From: a virus
Reading direction: 5' to 3' (one strand)
Length of the DNA: 64,000 nucleotides
Virus record (IMG/VR): IMGVR_UViG_3300026493_000016
Span: 64,001 to 128,000 of that record
Shown: positions 27,187 to 37,001 of the stretch, piece after piece
Position numbering within the stretch: position 1 is the first letter of the stretch
Layout: the number at the start of each line of letters is the position of its first letter
Notes under the pieces: model-generated
What the model saw: the letters and a program-made list of their open reading frames with translations, nothing else
Databases searched by the model: none
Told to the model about the DNA's origin: nothing
Position numbers and translations under genes: made by a program

Positions 27187-27548
27187 CAGAAGTTCTTCGC
27201 CGCATCTAAAATGTCATCGTAATCTACACCAGCTTCATATGCTGCCTTTAACGCAATATCTAACTTCTTCTTAGCTTCTTCGATTTTGTGTTGCTTTTGT
27301 TTCTCAATAAAGTCCTCTAACTCTTCTAGCGTGTAATCATATAGATTAGGTACGGTATACGTCTTACCCCATCTAGATTGCAATAATGTAGAAATAATCA
27401 TGTGCACACGCTGCTCATTTAACATAACATTTGCTGATTCCCCATCTGATGTATCCGTCATCAACAACGATGCGTATAAATCGTGCGCCCCATCCTCTAA
27501 TTCAAATTTACAACCTAAGTGGTCTGCGAAAGTTAATTTTACCGCCAT
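27186..27548 (-). CDS. hypothetical protein, paralog family B N-terminus
   Basis: NVMLNEQRVHMIISTL. Confidence 0.7.
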   Translation of the reverse strand: MAVKLTFADHLGCKFELEDGAHDLYASLLMTDTSDGESANVMLNEQRVHMIISTLLQSRWGKTYTVPNLYDYTLEELEDFIEKQKQHKIEEAKKKLDIALKAAYEAGVDYDDILDAAKNF

Positions 27549-27578
27549 GTGTATCTCCTCCTTGTTTGGTATAATATT

Positions 27579-27607
27579 ATTCTATCACACTATTTATAGT
27601 TTGTCAA
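27579..27607 (-). promoter_or_regulatory. sigma-A-type promoter
   Basis: TTGACA-17-TAGAAT with TG, after terminator U-run. Confidence 0.75.
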
Positions 27608-27625
27608 TAAAAAAAAAAGAAGAGA

Positions 27626-27832
27626 TTATTTCTCTTCTTCTACGTAGTACCCATATTCCCATTTAACTGTTTCTCCGTGATACTCTATTGCGTTACAATT
27701 CTTACATTTAGTACCTACTAGATGATACACGCGATTATCATCCCCGATACGCTCGGAGTGGATTGTACGCGATGTTTCGGTAATATGTTTATGCTTGCAA
27801 AATTGACGCTTAATAAAATCAACGATTTTCAT
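27626..27832 (-). CDS. small zinc-binding protein
   Basis: FCKH...CKNC. Confidence 0.6.
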   Translation of the reverse strand: MKIVDFIKRQFCKHKHITETSRTIHSERIGDDNRVYHLVGTKCKNCNAIEYHGETVKWEYGYYVEEEK

Positions 27833-27968
27833 CCCATTCTCTCCCTTATCTCTTTAGTAGCCATTTTGTTTAATCTTTCTAGTAGTTTTTCTAAGTCTAG
27901 TAAGTCATCCCAATCCGCTTGATATAGGTCTAATTTCTTTGTTTGTCCTAATAATTTAATTAATTCTT

Positions 27969-28166
27969 CTATCTTACCCATCTGTTTCCCCACGCTCCTT
28001 CCTCCATCCGTATTGCTAGTTCTGTCTCTAAGTTCTCAGTTAACTTCTTAGATAGAGAGGTAAGACGTGCTAAGTCTTCCCAATCCATCTCTTGTATATT
28101 GTTAGTTAACAAGCGCTGTGTATACTCTGTCAGGTTTCTTAAGTGATTAACGTTTTCTGTATGCAT
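27969..28166 (-). CDS. helical microprotein (UVR-like DWEDLARL)
   Basis: ORF overlapping pol stop. Confidence 0.55.
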   Translation of the reverse strand: MHTENVNHLRNLTEYTQRLLTNNIQEMDWEDLARLTSLSKKLTENLETELAIRMEEGAWGNRWVR

Positions 28167-31100
28167 CTTTATTAGCCTCCATTAGATTAATAAACTCATC
28201 GTACTTCTCTTCTGTTAACTTACCACAGTTCTTACAGTTTTTCAAGTGTTTCTTTTTCATATGGTAGTCACAATATCCTTTAACTGTAGCGAAAGTAGAT
28301 AGGTCTTCTGCATCGTAGTCTACCATATCATTGTAAGTGATACCAATCTCTGCATCAGCTGTTACTGGGAATCTAGTACGTTCTCCTTCCCAATCGATAT
28401 ATAACCAGTCGATAGGTAAATTTTCCATTACGTGAACACCAATCTTAGCCATTTGTTTAATCTCTTCTGGTGGGCAATCGATTACGATACTATCGTGTAC
28501 TGTCATAACGATACGAGAACGTAAGTTTAGCTTCTCGATAATCTTGTTGATTAGGATAACTGAAGAGTTTGTTAAGAATGCGCCAGTACCCTGTACACGT
28601 GTATTGTTCGATTGACGAAGTGCCTCGTTCTGTTTACTTTTATCTTTAGAGAAAATATCTCGAAGGTTACGAGTGAATCCTTGTTTCGTTTCGATATATC
28701 CATGGTCACGTACAAACTGCTTGTTACCTTCGATGTATGCTTCTACCGTTGGTTTCCCTGCGAAGAAGTCTTTAAATAGCTGCTCTGCCTCTTCTAATGT
28801 CATGTCCCACTTCGGCGCGAAGGACATCGGTACCTCACCATATACTACACCGAACGATACGGCTTTTGCTTTTGTACGTTCATCATCTGTGATTTCATCG
28901 ATAAGCTTCTTGAATGTTAATGCTGCTGTCTCTTTATGGATGTCAGCACCTTCAATGAACGACTTAATCATTTCATAGTCACCAGAATCTAATGCTAGAA
29001 TACGAGATTCTAAGGCACTATAATCGAGCTGGATTAATGCTCCGCCATCGAATGATGTAACGAACTCTCGTTTAATCGGGTTGATATAGTCGAATCGAGT
29101 AATATCACCAGACTTCCTTGGTAAATTTTGTAAATTAGGACCAGCTGATGATAACCGAGATGTCGCTGTACCTGTAGGATTGAATCGTCCGTGTAATCGT
29201 CCATCCGCATCTACCATTTCCAAGAACTTATAAGTGAATGATTGTTTACGAGTTTTAACTAAAGAATACTCTAGGTAAATCTCTGCAAGTTCTTTATGTT
29301 CCGGATAGTTGTCCTTAATGTACTCGAACGCTGTCTTATCCGCTTTAAAGTGATACCATTCTGCCTCATGCTCTGTTATGTTGTTGTTTAAAGCAGTATC
29401 TGTAAGATACTCTCGGTTAAATGGTAACTGTACCTCATTGATAAGGTACCATGCGCGTTGTTTGTCATCTGAAGATGCTGGATTAAACTTTCGTTTCTCT
29501 GGGTCCATAAGTTTAGTTCGCAATTTCTCAGTTTCTGGGTCACGCTCTGCTTTTGGTTTAGCAAACTCTTCTACACCCATCTGGTACAGTTCTTCTTTGT
29601 AAGCTTCAACATCCTTCGACGTTTTATATGTGCGTATAAGCTCGATTAAGCGCTGTTCTTCTGCGATGTATATCTCAGCCATATGTTTCACATAAGGGAT
29701 GTCTAATTGGACGCCAGTAGCCTCTAACTTAGCTAGTACATTAGTTAGTTCTACATAATGGTTCGAGTACAGGTCAATCTTCTTCGTTAACCCTTCATCG
29801 TGTGCTCGTTTATCTAACGCGTTGTAGATACGTAAACACACATCAACGTCACCTGCTGCATAAGGACTTAGCATTTCAAAGAAAGGAATCCATTCATAAT
29901 TAAAATCACTACCATCAATTTCATTACGCGGACTCTGTGGTGTTCCGAAATCGGGCATCTTAGGCTTCACATATTTTAAATCCTGCTGTTTTAATAGAAG
30001 CTCACCAATCTGCTCCATAATGGTAGGGTTATCCTCTTTTGTTTTCATGTCTTTCTTGTAAGCTGTATTCTGTTTCTTGAGTACTTTTACTACTTCTTTT
30101 AACTCTTTAATCTGTGCGTTAGCTTCTGCACGGTCAAGTGTACATTGTTCTTTCCATTCATCCTTAAGTTTGTCGATACGCTTCTTATCTTCAGCGAGAG
30201 CATTCTTCTTAAAGTTTTCCTTGAAGTCTTCTAGCTCTCTATCATATCCGCCCATATCTGTAAATTCATATGTTAAGTCTGATAGTCGTAAAGAGTCTTT
30301 TACTTCTTGGTTGACTAGTAGCCAGTACATAACCTGTGTATCTCGGTTATTATTAAACACTGTGATGTTTCTAGTTAAACGAAGGAAGCGAATATCGAAC
30401 TTAATATTATGCCCGACTTTAATCTGTTTAGAACCTACGAACTCTTCTACGAATTTATAAATCTCAGCTAACTCTCCTAGATTCCAAGTGAAACATTTAT
30501 GCTGCAAAGGTATGGTGACACCTTGTCCCTCACGCCACGATAAGCTAATACATAAAGGTTTAGCTCCTACCTTCTCTGCACTTAATGTGTTAGTCTCTAA
30601 ATCCCATGCAACTACAGGAGCATTAACAATCTCTTTAGTGAATATCTCACGTACACGTGCAATCGTGGTAACGTCCTCGTACGTCACTTTCTTAGGCATG
30701 AACGCTGAGTAACCATCCTCTACATATTTCTTTAAGATACCCATATCTGCCACTACTAAGTTAGTAATCTTAGGCTGGAACAACAAATATTCCATAGAAT
30801 AAGTAGGGAGAATCCAACATTCATGTGTCTCGTCTGTTAATTTAGATGTGATAATCTCTCGTCTAGGCACACCTCGAAGTTTAGAAATCTCTGATTTTCC
30901 TATTGTAGCCTTACACGACATATTACCCATCGGAACAATAACATCGGGTTTGTCTTTAATAACCCGAGCTGAGAACTCTTCGTATAACGGGTTTGCTTCT
31001 TTCTGCGTTACGGGTACGTATGATACTGCTTTCTTATTTCTATTACGCGTACGGACCTTAGGGACACGTTTAAACGCGTAATCGATGTACCACTGGTCTT

Positions 31101-31248
31101 GTTTAAGGTTCAATCCTTTCTTACCTACCAGAGCTGCTAGTGTTTTACCTGCTTCAGTATTGTGGTAGTTAAATTCTAGTTCGTTTGTTCCGCGCTTCTG
31201 TTTGAAGTGCTCTTCGCGGATGTGGTCTAGCGCAAACATAATTTTCAT
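28147..31248 (-). CDS. polA: DNA polymerase family A with N-terminal UDG-like and 3'-5' exonuclease domains
   Basis: DLET exoI, GHNIKFD exoII, YAAGD exoIII; motif A DYSALE, B RTKAKAVSFGVVYG, C VHDS; uninterrupted. Confidence 0.97.
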   Translation of the reverse strand: MKIMFALDHIREEHFKQKRGTNELEFNYHNTEAGKTLAALVGKKGLNLKQDQWYIDYAFKRVPKVRTRNRNKKAVSYVPVTQKEANPLYEEFSARVIKDKPDVIVPMGNMSCKATIGKSEISKLRGVPRREIITSKLTDETHECWILPTYSMEYLLFQPKITNLVVADMGILKKYVEDGYSAFMPKKVTYEDVTTIARVREIFTKEIVNAPVVAWDLETNTLSAEKVGAKPLCISLSWREGQGVTIPLQHKCFTWNLGELAEIYKFVEEFVGSKQIKVGHNIKFDIRFLRLTRNITVFNNNRDTQVMYWLLVNQEVKDSLRLSDLTYEFTDMGGYDRELEDFKENFKKNALAEDKKRIDKLKDEWKEQCTLDRAEANAQIKELKEVVKVLKKQNTAYKKDMKTKEDNPTIMEQIGELLLKQQDLKYVKPKMPDFGTPQSPRNEIDGSDFNYEWIPFFEMLSPYAAGDVDVCLRIYNALDKRAHDEGLTKKIDLYSNHYVELTNVLAKLEATGVQLDIPYVKHMAEIYIAEEQRLIELIRTYKTSKDVEAYKEELYQMGVEEFAKPKAERDPETEKLRTKLMDPEKRKFNPASSDDKQRAWYLINEVQLPFNREYLTDTALNNNITEHEAEWYHFKADKTAFEYIKDNYPEHKELAEIYLEYSLVKTRKQSFTYKFLEMVDADGRLHGRFNPTGTATSRLSSAGPNLQNLPRKSGDITRFDYINPIKREFVTSFDGGALIQLDYSALESRILALDSGDYEMIKSFIEGADIHKETAALTFKKLIDEITDDERTKAKAVSFGVVYGEVPMSFAPKWDMTLEEAEQLFKDFFAGKPTVEAYIEGNKQFVRDHGYIETKQGFTRNLRDIFSKDKSKQNEALRQSNNTRVQGTGAFLTNSSVILINKIIEKLNLRSRIVMTVHDSIVIDCPPEEIKQMAKIGVHVMENLPIDWLYIDWEGERTRFPVTADAEIGITYNDMVDYDAEDLSTFATVKGYCDYHMKKKHLKNCKNCGKLTEEKYDEFINLMEANKDAYRKR

Positions 31249-31268
31249 TAAATCTCCTCCTTGCTACT

Positions 31269-31297
31269 ATAATACCATAATATCATAAATCTGTCAA
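31269..31297 (-). promoter_or_regulatory. sigma-A-type promoter of DNA polymerase
   Basis: TTGACA-17-TATTAT with TG. Confidence 0.75.
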
Positions 31298-31314
31298 TAC
31301 AAAAAAGAGAAGAG

Positions 31315-31458
31315 CTATTTGCTCTCCTCTTTCTCTTTCATTCTCTTTTTCATTTCCTCGATACGGTCTCGACAATCACAGCAACATCCGCCTTGAGTTC
31401 TATGAATCACTGGATAAACTTCGATACCACAAGCATCACATGTAGGTCTATAACTCAT
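31315..31458 (-). CDS. 47-aa zinc-finger microprotein
   Basis: MSYRPTCDACG...GCCCDCRDRIEE; not in track; AAGGAG SD. Confidence 0.6.
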   Translation of the reverse strand: MSYRPTCDACGIEVYPVIHRTQGGCCCDCRDRIEEMKKRMKEKEESK

Positions 31459-31459
31459 A

Positions 31460-31741
31460 CTACCAACTCTCCTTATCTACTATAATACGTTCACCTTCTG
31501 TGTATGTTTTGTATACGTAATAGTAGTTAACTTTGTTAGTGTTGATGTTTATGTCATTAAACGTAATCCACTCATAATTACTGTTGTTATCGCAGAAGTC
31601 GTTGAATGACTCTGTCTCTACGTTTACAATAGACTTCATGCTACCATCATCGAATACAAAGTGTAATGTCATTAACACCTTTTCTTTTTCTTCAACTACT
31701 TCTTCTACTTTCTTCTTCTTAAAAAAGTTTAGTATCCACAT
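31460..31741 (-). CDS. hypothetical protein (B' of duplicated pair)
   Basis: start MWILNFFKKKK after AAGGAG. Confidence 0.65.
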   Translation of the reverse strand: MWILNFFKKKKVEEVVEEKEKVLMTLHFVFDDGSMKSIVNVETESFNDFCDNNSNYEWITFNDININTNKVNYYYVYKTYTEGERIIVDKESW

Positions 31742-31742
31742 A

Positions 31743-32219
31743 TTAAATCTCCTTCCAGAACGTCGCGTTCTTAAGGATATTCTGGATGTCAACTAAGTCT
31801 AATTGATGTAACTCATACAATAAGTCATCTACAGACACAGGTTTATAATTACCATCATCTAACATTGGAATATCCATCATACGTGTTTCCTCATGTTCAA
31901 CAATAACTAGTTTCTTACCAGCAGTCATTACACCTGCTAAATCTGTCTTCTCCATAATCCAGTCACTGTATTTTGCTTTCACATGGTTGTATTCTTTTGC
32001 TTCACTATAATATTGGTAAACGAATGTTCCTTGAGCTAATACCGCGAACGGTAATGAGTTATCGTGCTTTTGTTCTTTATTTAACATATCCCAGTGAACA
32101 ATATTACCTTCAATAATCATGTACGCGTCTGTAGTGCCTTCTTTGCGATACCATCCTTTTGTGAGATGCGGTAATACTGCTAACCCTACAAAAAATTCAC
32201 CTTCAATTCTATCTGCCAT
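31743..32219 (-). CDS. hypothetical protein (A', paralog of 32437-32931)
   Basis: GLA..., DIQNILKNATF. Confidence 0.7.
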   Translation of the reverse strand: MADRIEGEFFVGLAVLPHLTKGWYRKEGTTDAYMIIEGNIVHWDMLNKEQKHDNSLPFAVLAQGTFVYQYYSEAKEYNHVKAKYSDWIMEKTDLAGVMTAGKKLVIVEHEETRMMDIPMLDDGNYKPVSVDDLLYELHQLDLVDIQNILKNATFWKEI

Positions 32220-32437
32220 TATTTAATCTCCTCCTTAGTAATGTTTGCTTCACCTTCAAAGAACATAAAAGCAATCGAGTCTAATGGTAGTGCAAAGTAA
32301 TCAGATACTAGTAAACCTTTAAATGTGTTAGTTCTCTTGTTGATATACTCATCCATATCCTTAGCCATTAGACGTACACTATCTTTAATCTCCCTACCAT
32401 CTTTAGTAAGGATAACCACAATATATGTGTTAAACAT
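32219..32437 (-). CDS. hypothetical protein (B)
   Basis: coupled TAATG. Confidence 0.65.
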   Translation of the reverse strand: MFNTYIVVILTKDGREIKDSVRLMAKDMDEYINKRTNTFKGLLVSDYFALPLDSIAFMFFEGEANITKEEIK

Positions 32438-32931
32438 TACTTCTCCCCCTTAATCAACTTCTTGAATTGAGCGTGGTTTATACCTACTACAAATGTTGAG
32501 CTATTAAGTATCTCAGATACATCTTCTGATGCGAATTCTTTTGATACATTCTCTAGGAACTTAGCCAACGACACTCCTCTGTTACCATATATCGCCGTAT
32601 AGTATTCATGTGTACATCTAACCTCGTTAAACTGTTTTCTTGCTTCCTCGAAATTAGATTCTGTACTACCACTTAGGTCGTAAGGCACCAGTTTTGCGTT
32701 ACCGGATACACTCATGCTCATCCCTAGCAACTTGTCAAAGGATATCTCACTTACATAGTCGCTAGACAGTACACCATTTTGTGTGAATCTAACTTTTCGT
32801 AAGTCATTATTCTTAACGTAGTAGTACTCGTGGTAACCTCCATTAAGACCTGCGCTTAGTACATGCCCATCTAACATCGATGTTAAGGCTAACCCAGTTA
32901 CTACTCTACCTAAATTAATCTGTTTGTACAT
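32437..32931 (-). CDS. hypothetical protein (A)
   Basis: GLA..., DVSEILNSSTF. Confidence 0.7.
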   Translation of the reverse strand: MYKQINLGRVVTGLALTSMLDGHVLSAGLNGGYHEYYYVKNNDLRKVRFTQNGVLSSDYVSEISFDKLLGMSMSVSGNAKLVPYDLSGSTESNFEEARKQFNEVRCTHEYYTAIYGNRGVSLAKFLENVSKEFASEDVSEILNSSTFVVGINHAQFKKLIKGEK

Positions 32932-32963
32932 ATTATCTCTCCTCCTCTTTCTTAACTGTCTTT

Positions 32964-32992
32964 ATCTTACCATATGTTTCTAGTAAGTACAA
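32964..32992 (-). promoter_or_regulatory. sigma-A-type promoter
   Basis: TTGTAC-17-TAAGAT with TG. Confidence 0.6.
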
Positions 32993-33018
32993 CCCCTAAA
33001 ATAAAAAAAAAGAGAAGA

Positions 33019-33252
33019 TTATTCTTCTCTAATAAAAATAGGAACAGGGAAGTTATCGAAATCCCATACAGACCGCTTACCACAAGGTCTACATATGAAT
33101 CTATAATAACGTTCGCTCTCAATATATCTAACTTTACTTTCTGCTTTAATCATACCAGCACTACAGCTAGGGCAAAATACCTCACAAGTTTGTTTACTTT
33201 TCTGCTTGTCTCCACCGAAAAACATATCAACTATCTTTTTCATTACGTTCAT
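33019..33252 (-). CDS. zinc-ribbon protein
   Basis: CPSC...CRPCG. Confidence 0.65.
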   Translation of the reverse strand: MNVMKKIVDMFFGGDKQKSKQTCEVFCPSCSAGMIKAESKVRYIESERYYRFICRPCGKRSVWDFDNFPVPIFIREE

Positions 33253-33553
33253 GCTTCCACTCCTTTGCAGGTATTCTAATAGATTCCAGCTTTTTAAGCA
33301 GCTGCGGCTTCACTACGTACGTTTCTTCTCTTGTAACATATCTTTCGTTGAGTTGGTCCCAACACTTCTTCTTCGGCAGCTTAACCATGTCTAACGTAAG
33401 GGATTTACCTAACTTAACTTTCTCGCCACTTAGTAACGCATCTTCGATAACATCCTCTAGTAATTTAAGTACATCGTCCATATCCCCTAATGTATATCCG
33501 CCGTTATAGGCAATACGTCGAGCTAGTTCTTGTCGATTCACTAGATTGTTCAT
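33227..33553 (-). CDS. HU/IHF-like DNA-binding protein
   Basis: NRQELARRIA...IEDALLSGEKVKLG...VVKP pattern; syntenic upstream of pol. Confidence 0.82.
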   Translation of the reverse strand: MNNLVNRQELARRIAYNGGYTLGDMDDVLKLLEDVIEDALLSGEKVKLGKSLTLDMVKLPKKKCWDQLNERYVTREETYVVKPQLLKKLESIRIPAKEWKHERNEKDS

Positions 33554-34320
33554 CTCACACCATCCAGAATTGTGACATTATGATTATACTTAAACTTACG
33601 GTTTTTCGTATCTACTAGACACTCAACCTCGTTAACATCAAATGCGTCATCACAAACAATCCAAATATTCATCTTCCAAGTTGATAGCGGTTCTTGAAGG
33701 TGACAGAAACATTTGTATTTGTATTCCGGAAGCACGTAGAACTTACCATCGCGTTCTTCATAATATTTGCTGCGTTCTTCTGTAATCTCTTCAGATTCTA
33801 AAGCTGGGAAACTAATACGCACCTTATCGACATGGTACCGTAGGTTGTGAAGGCTAAATAGATAATCGTACACATTTATATCCGGAAGAACGATAGGTGC
33901 GTCTACGACCGTGCTAGTAGCCATAGAAGCCAATCTAACATTCTCCACTTCATCTGCTGTGTATTCTTTCTTCGGTCCATAGATAATCTCCGATTCTGGG
34001 ACACCTGCTAGTTTGTTAATTACATGTACACTTGCTTTACCTGTTACATAATATTGGATGAAACCGCCGTGGTCGAATACTAAATTGTTTAACGTATCAT
34101 CACCGTATCTTTGCTGGTATACTAGGTACTTATTCTCATCTCGTTCAGTAATGATTGATGATTTGTCTTTTAGTTCACCTAGCGTATGGTAAAGCTCTTC
34201 TGCGTTTAATGCAGTCACCTTGATACCTTCTGCTTCTTTTTCTACTGTTGTATAATTAGCGTTAACACTTCGGTCCGAGTTATGGATGTTAACTGTTCTT
34301 TTTCTCACGTTCTTTGCCAT
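33550..34320 (-). CDS. conserved hypothetical protein upstream of HU
   Basis: 256-aa ORF with SD and TGCTATACT -10. Confidence 0.78.
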   Translation of the reverse strand: MAKNVRKRTVNIHNSDRSVNANYTTVEKEAEGIKVTALNAEELYHTLGELKDKSSIITERDENKYLVYQQRYGDDTLNNLVFDHGGFIQYYVTGKASVHVINKLAGVPESEIIYGPKKEYTADEVENVRLASMATSTVVDAPIVLPDINVYDYLFSLHNLRYHVDKVRISFPALESEEITEERSKYYEERDGKFYVLPEYKYKCFCHLQEPLSTWKMNIWIVCDDAFDVNEVECLVDTKNRKFKYNHNVTILDGVR

Positions 34321-34559
34321 AGTATGACCTCCTATTTGTCTATACTATTAGTATAGCACAACATAAAAAGTACAACAAAATAGAGTCCTTTTTAGGGGAC
34401 TCTACTTCATTCCAGTTAGCACAATTGACGTGATAATCATATCTTGTTTTGTGTATTGGATACGATGGATAATCTGCTCTAGCATTGTTAGGTTCTTTGC
34501 ATCCAAGCTAGCGTATCGTCGTTTGTTATCGGCTGTTACGTAAGATACAGAGTATGTGT

Positions 34560-34826
34560 TCATCGGTATAAACTCTCTTTCTCTTTTACTAGATGGTTAA
34601 CTAATGTGTCTTTTGCTACTTTAATCATCTTCTCCAGATTCCCTACTGTACAGTCGTTAATCTTAATCATTTCTACCTTCGCACTCATCGTTAATGCTAC
34701 TAACGCGTTCTGTCCTTCCTTAGAAGAACTAACGATTACACACTCTCCTATACTGACTGTGAACTCATTAGAGTTCGACACTAAGTTTGAAATCTTCCCA
34801 CTCATCTTCGCAATTGCATTCAACAT
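34560..34826 (-). CDS. hypothetical protein (start uncertain)
   Basis: ORF track. Confidence 0.5.
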   Translation of the reverse strand: MLNAIAKMSGKISNLVSNSNEFTVSIGECVIVSSSKEGQNALVALTMSAKVEMIKINDCTVGNLEKMIKVAKDTLVNHLVKEKESLYR

Positions 34827-34992
34827 GGTAACTCTCCCCTACTGGTTGGCAGTCACACTGTGTTAGCTCCTCTACTAACTCCTCTTCTGTTGTATGAAGT
34901 AAGTTTTCTAATGTGTAAGTGCCAACTCTGTTTTTCCCTTTATCGTTTGTTATAACAATCGTTACGTACTGCGTATCTAATGACCTAAGCAT
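34768..34992 (-). CDS. Cys-containing hypothetical protein
   Basis: CDC...CNC. Confidence 0.55.
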   Translation of the reverse strand: MLRSLDTQYVTIVITNDKGKNRVGTYTLENLLHTTEEELVEELTQCDCQPVGESYHVECNCEDEWEDFKLSVEL

Positions 34993-35357
34993 TAAATCTT
35001 CTCCTCCAGCTTGTCCATCTGTTTCTTAACTTCAACTAACTCGGACAGTGTTCGCATTTGTGTAGACATATTAAAGTTTGTTTTACGGGAGAACATATCT
35101 AATAAGATATCTATTTTTGTCTTACTATGTCTTTGCTCTAAGATGAATCTCGTCATATGTGCTTGATATCTAGGTTTCAAGTTGTCGAAATGGTCTTGTA
35201 GGTAATAAGCATATTCGTATAACTCGTTCTCTAAATCTTCTCGTACCGAAGACGGACAATCGAGCTGGTTAGGGGTTGCATTATCGAACCCCTCCTCACT
35301 CTCATGACAACAACTATCGAATGCTTGGAAGCAACAATACTTGTTATTGCACTTCAT
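34992..35357 (-). CDS. Cys-rich hypothetical protein
   Basis: MKCNNKYCCF...CC...CPS; start at 35357 after GAGGAG. Confidence 0.6.
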   Translation of the reverse strand: MKCNNKYCCFQAFDSCCHESEEGFDNATPNQLDCPSSVREDLENELYEYAYYLQDHFDNLKPRYQAHMTRFILEQRHSKTKIDILLDMFSRKTNFNMSTQMRTLSELVEVKKQMDKLEEKI

Positions 35358-35619
35358 AGTTAGCAAACTCCTCGTTAATGATGTCTTGCAGTTGCTCTTC
35401 ATCAACCTTACCATTAAACGCTAGAGAAGCAATCTCTTCTACGAACGCTTTTGTTGGTCCTGCAACAACTGTGTTGTTCTCCTTGATTGCAGACACGATT
35501 TCTTTCGATTTACGGAATGCTGCTACTTTACCAAACCCATAATCTCCGCCTTCTGCTAGGTTCGCCTCGATGCGCTCCTGTAATTGTTCTTGTGCCTCTT
35601 TTTTAGTTAATGTTTTCAT
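35344..35619 (-). CDS. hypothetical protein
   Basis: GGAGG SD. Confidence 0.65.
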   Translation of the reverse strand: MKTLTKKEAQEQLQERIEANLAEGGDYGFGKVAAFRKSKEIVSAIKENNTVVAGPTKAFVEEIASLAFNGKVDEEQLQDIINEEFANYEVQ

Positions 35620-35649
35620 ATTGTAAACCCTCCATTTTTTTATTTGTTA

Positions 35650-35928
35650 TTATTTTACTAGTAATTCTGCTAACTCGTCTAACTCTTCTGGGTGGAATTT
35701 AATTGAACGCTTAAGTTCAGTTCCGATAACTTCGTCAGCATCTGCATCTTTTGGAACTTCAATCAAAATAACCGTAGGTACAGAAGCTAATTCGTAATGC
35801 GCTGCTACTTCTGGTCGTTCCTCTACATGTACTGCTGTGTGTGCAACTTCTAGTTCATTCTCTAGGTAATTACCTACTGCTTGACATGGTGCGCAAGGTG
35901 TTGTGTATAACTTAACTAGCTTCTTCAT
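35650..35928 (-). CDS. thioredoxin/NrdH-like redoxin
   Basis: CAPC active site, SVPT cis-Pro motif. Confidence 0.9.
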   Translation of the reverse strand: MKKLVKLYTTPCAPCQAVGNYLENELEVAHTAVHVEERPEVAAHYELASVPTVILIEVPKDADADEVIGTELKRSIKFHPEELDELAELLVK

Positions 35929-36330
35929 TTACTTTACCTCCAGATATTTTTTGAATTGATTAACTAGAATGTCATGTTTATAGACTTTAAATTCGGCTGT
36001 TTTGAATCCGGCTTTACGTACTGCATCTACACGATAGTGACGTGACTCTTCTAGATACAGCGTGTTAATTGCATCTACAAGTTTGTCCACTTCTTCTTTC
36101 ACTTTATTAGCTAGTTTCTTTTCTTGTAGGGCTACATGTAAACGTCGTAGAATCTCTTCTGTCTTTATGATTACATCCTTCGTCTCGTTTACCGTATCTT
36201 TAGTTAGTACATCGTTAAGAATAGCTGTCATTAAGATTTCGTCTTCCATAGGGAAAGCACCTGCTTTATCACCTACTACAATTTTCATTACGCGTTCTGC
36301 TTCTTCTTGTGTAAATTTATGTTCTGTCAT
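35929..36330 (-). CDS. hypothetical protein
   Basis: ORF track. Confidence 0.65.
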   Translation of the reverse strand: MTEHKFTQEEAERVMKIVVGDKAGAFPMEDEILMTAILNDVLTKDTVNETKDVIIKTEEILRRLHVALQEKKLANKVKEEVDKLVDAINTLYLEESRHYRVDAVRKAGFKTAEFKVYKHDILVNQFKKYLEVK

Positions 36331-36556
36331 ATTCTGGTCTCCCCTTCATAATGTTTTCGTAGTCTTCGTCTGTATCATTTGCGTAATTAATCTTTAAATC
36401 GTCATCCCATTCAAACTCAGGTGACTCTTCATGAGAACTAATTTTAACACTAAAATCTGAACGTTGAATCGTTCTCTTAATCTCGTGTTCCACTTGTTCT
36501 GCACTAAAACCTTCGTAATCTGTAACGTACATCAAAATCTTGTGTAATTTAGCCAT
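36317..36556 (-). CDS. hypothetical protein
   Basis: ORF track. Confidence 0.6.
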   Translation of the reverse strand: MAKLHKILMYVTDYEGFSAEQVEHEIKRTIQRSDFSVKISSHEESPEFEWDDDLKINYANDTDEDYENIMKGRPEYDRT

Positions 36557-37001
36557 TGCCCTCCCCTTTCTTAAAAGCTTCTCTTGCTAGATAAGCAAAG
36601 TTATCAATCTCTTTTTGTCTAGGGTACCCTTCAAACTTAAACCTAGTAACAATGTTGTACTTACATAACATTCGGTAAAAGTAATCTTGAGCTCCGCAGT
36701 AATGTAGATACTCGCTTCTCCCACTACCAAAAAGTATAACACGTTTTCCTTTCAAAGTCAATAGGTTTTTTCGATATTTTTCTAGAAACTTAGGAAAGTC
36801 TGGTTTTAGTTGATAAGATGGATAGTAAGATGGTGTACCTAAGAATACGATATCAGAGTCGTCTATCGCTTTCTGGATGTCTTCCGGATTAGAGTGGTTA
36901 CCTGTCATATCATAGATGTAGGTAAACTCTTCTTCTCTCATACTAGCTAATATTCCTACTGTATTACCTTTGAGAGAATAGTAGAGAAGTGTGGACTTCA
37001 T
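36549..37001 (-). CDS. flavodoxin (RNR-associated)
   Basis: YYSLKGNT FMN loop, LGTPSY, FGSGRSEY..YCGA. Confidence 0.88.
   Translation of the reverse strand: MKSTLLYYSLKGNTVGILASMREEEFTYIYDMTGNHSNPEDIQKAIDDSDIVFLGTPSYYPSYQLKPDFPKFLEKYRKNLLTLKGKRVILFGSGRSEYLHYCGAQDYFYRMLCKYNIVTRFKFEGYPRQKEIDNFAYLAREAFKKGEGNG

Noticed and set aside
34350-34378. Canonical sigma-A promoter TTGTAC...TATACT
   Set aside because: Spacer is only 14 bp; at best an extended -10 promoter
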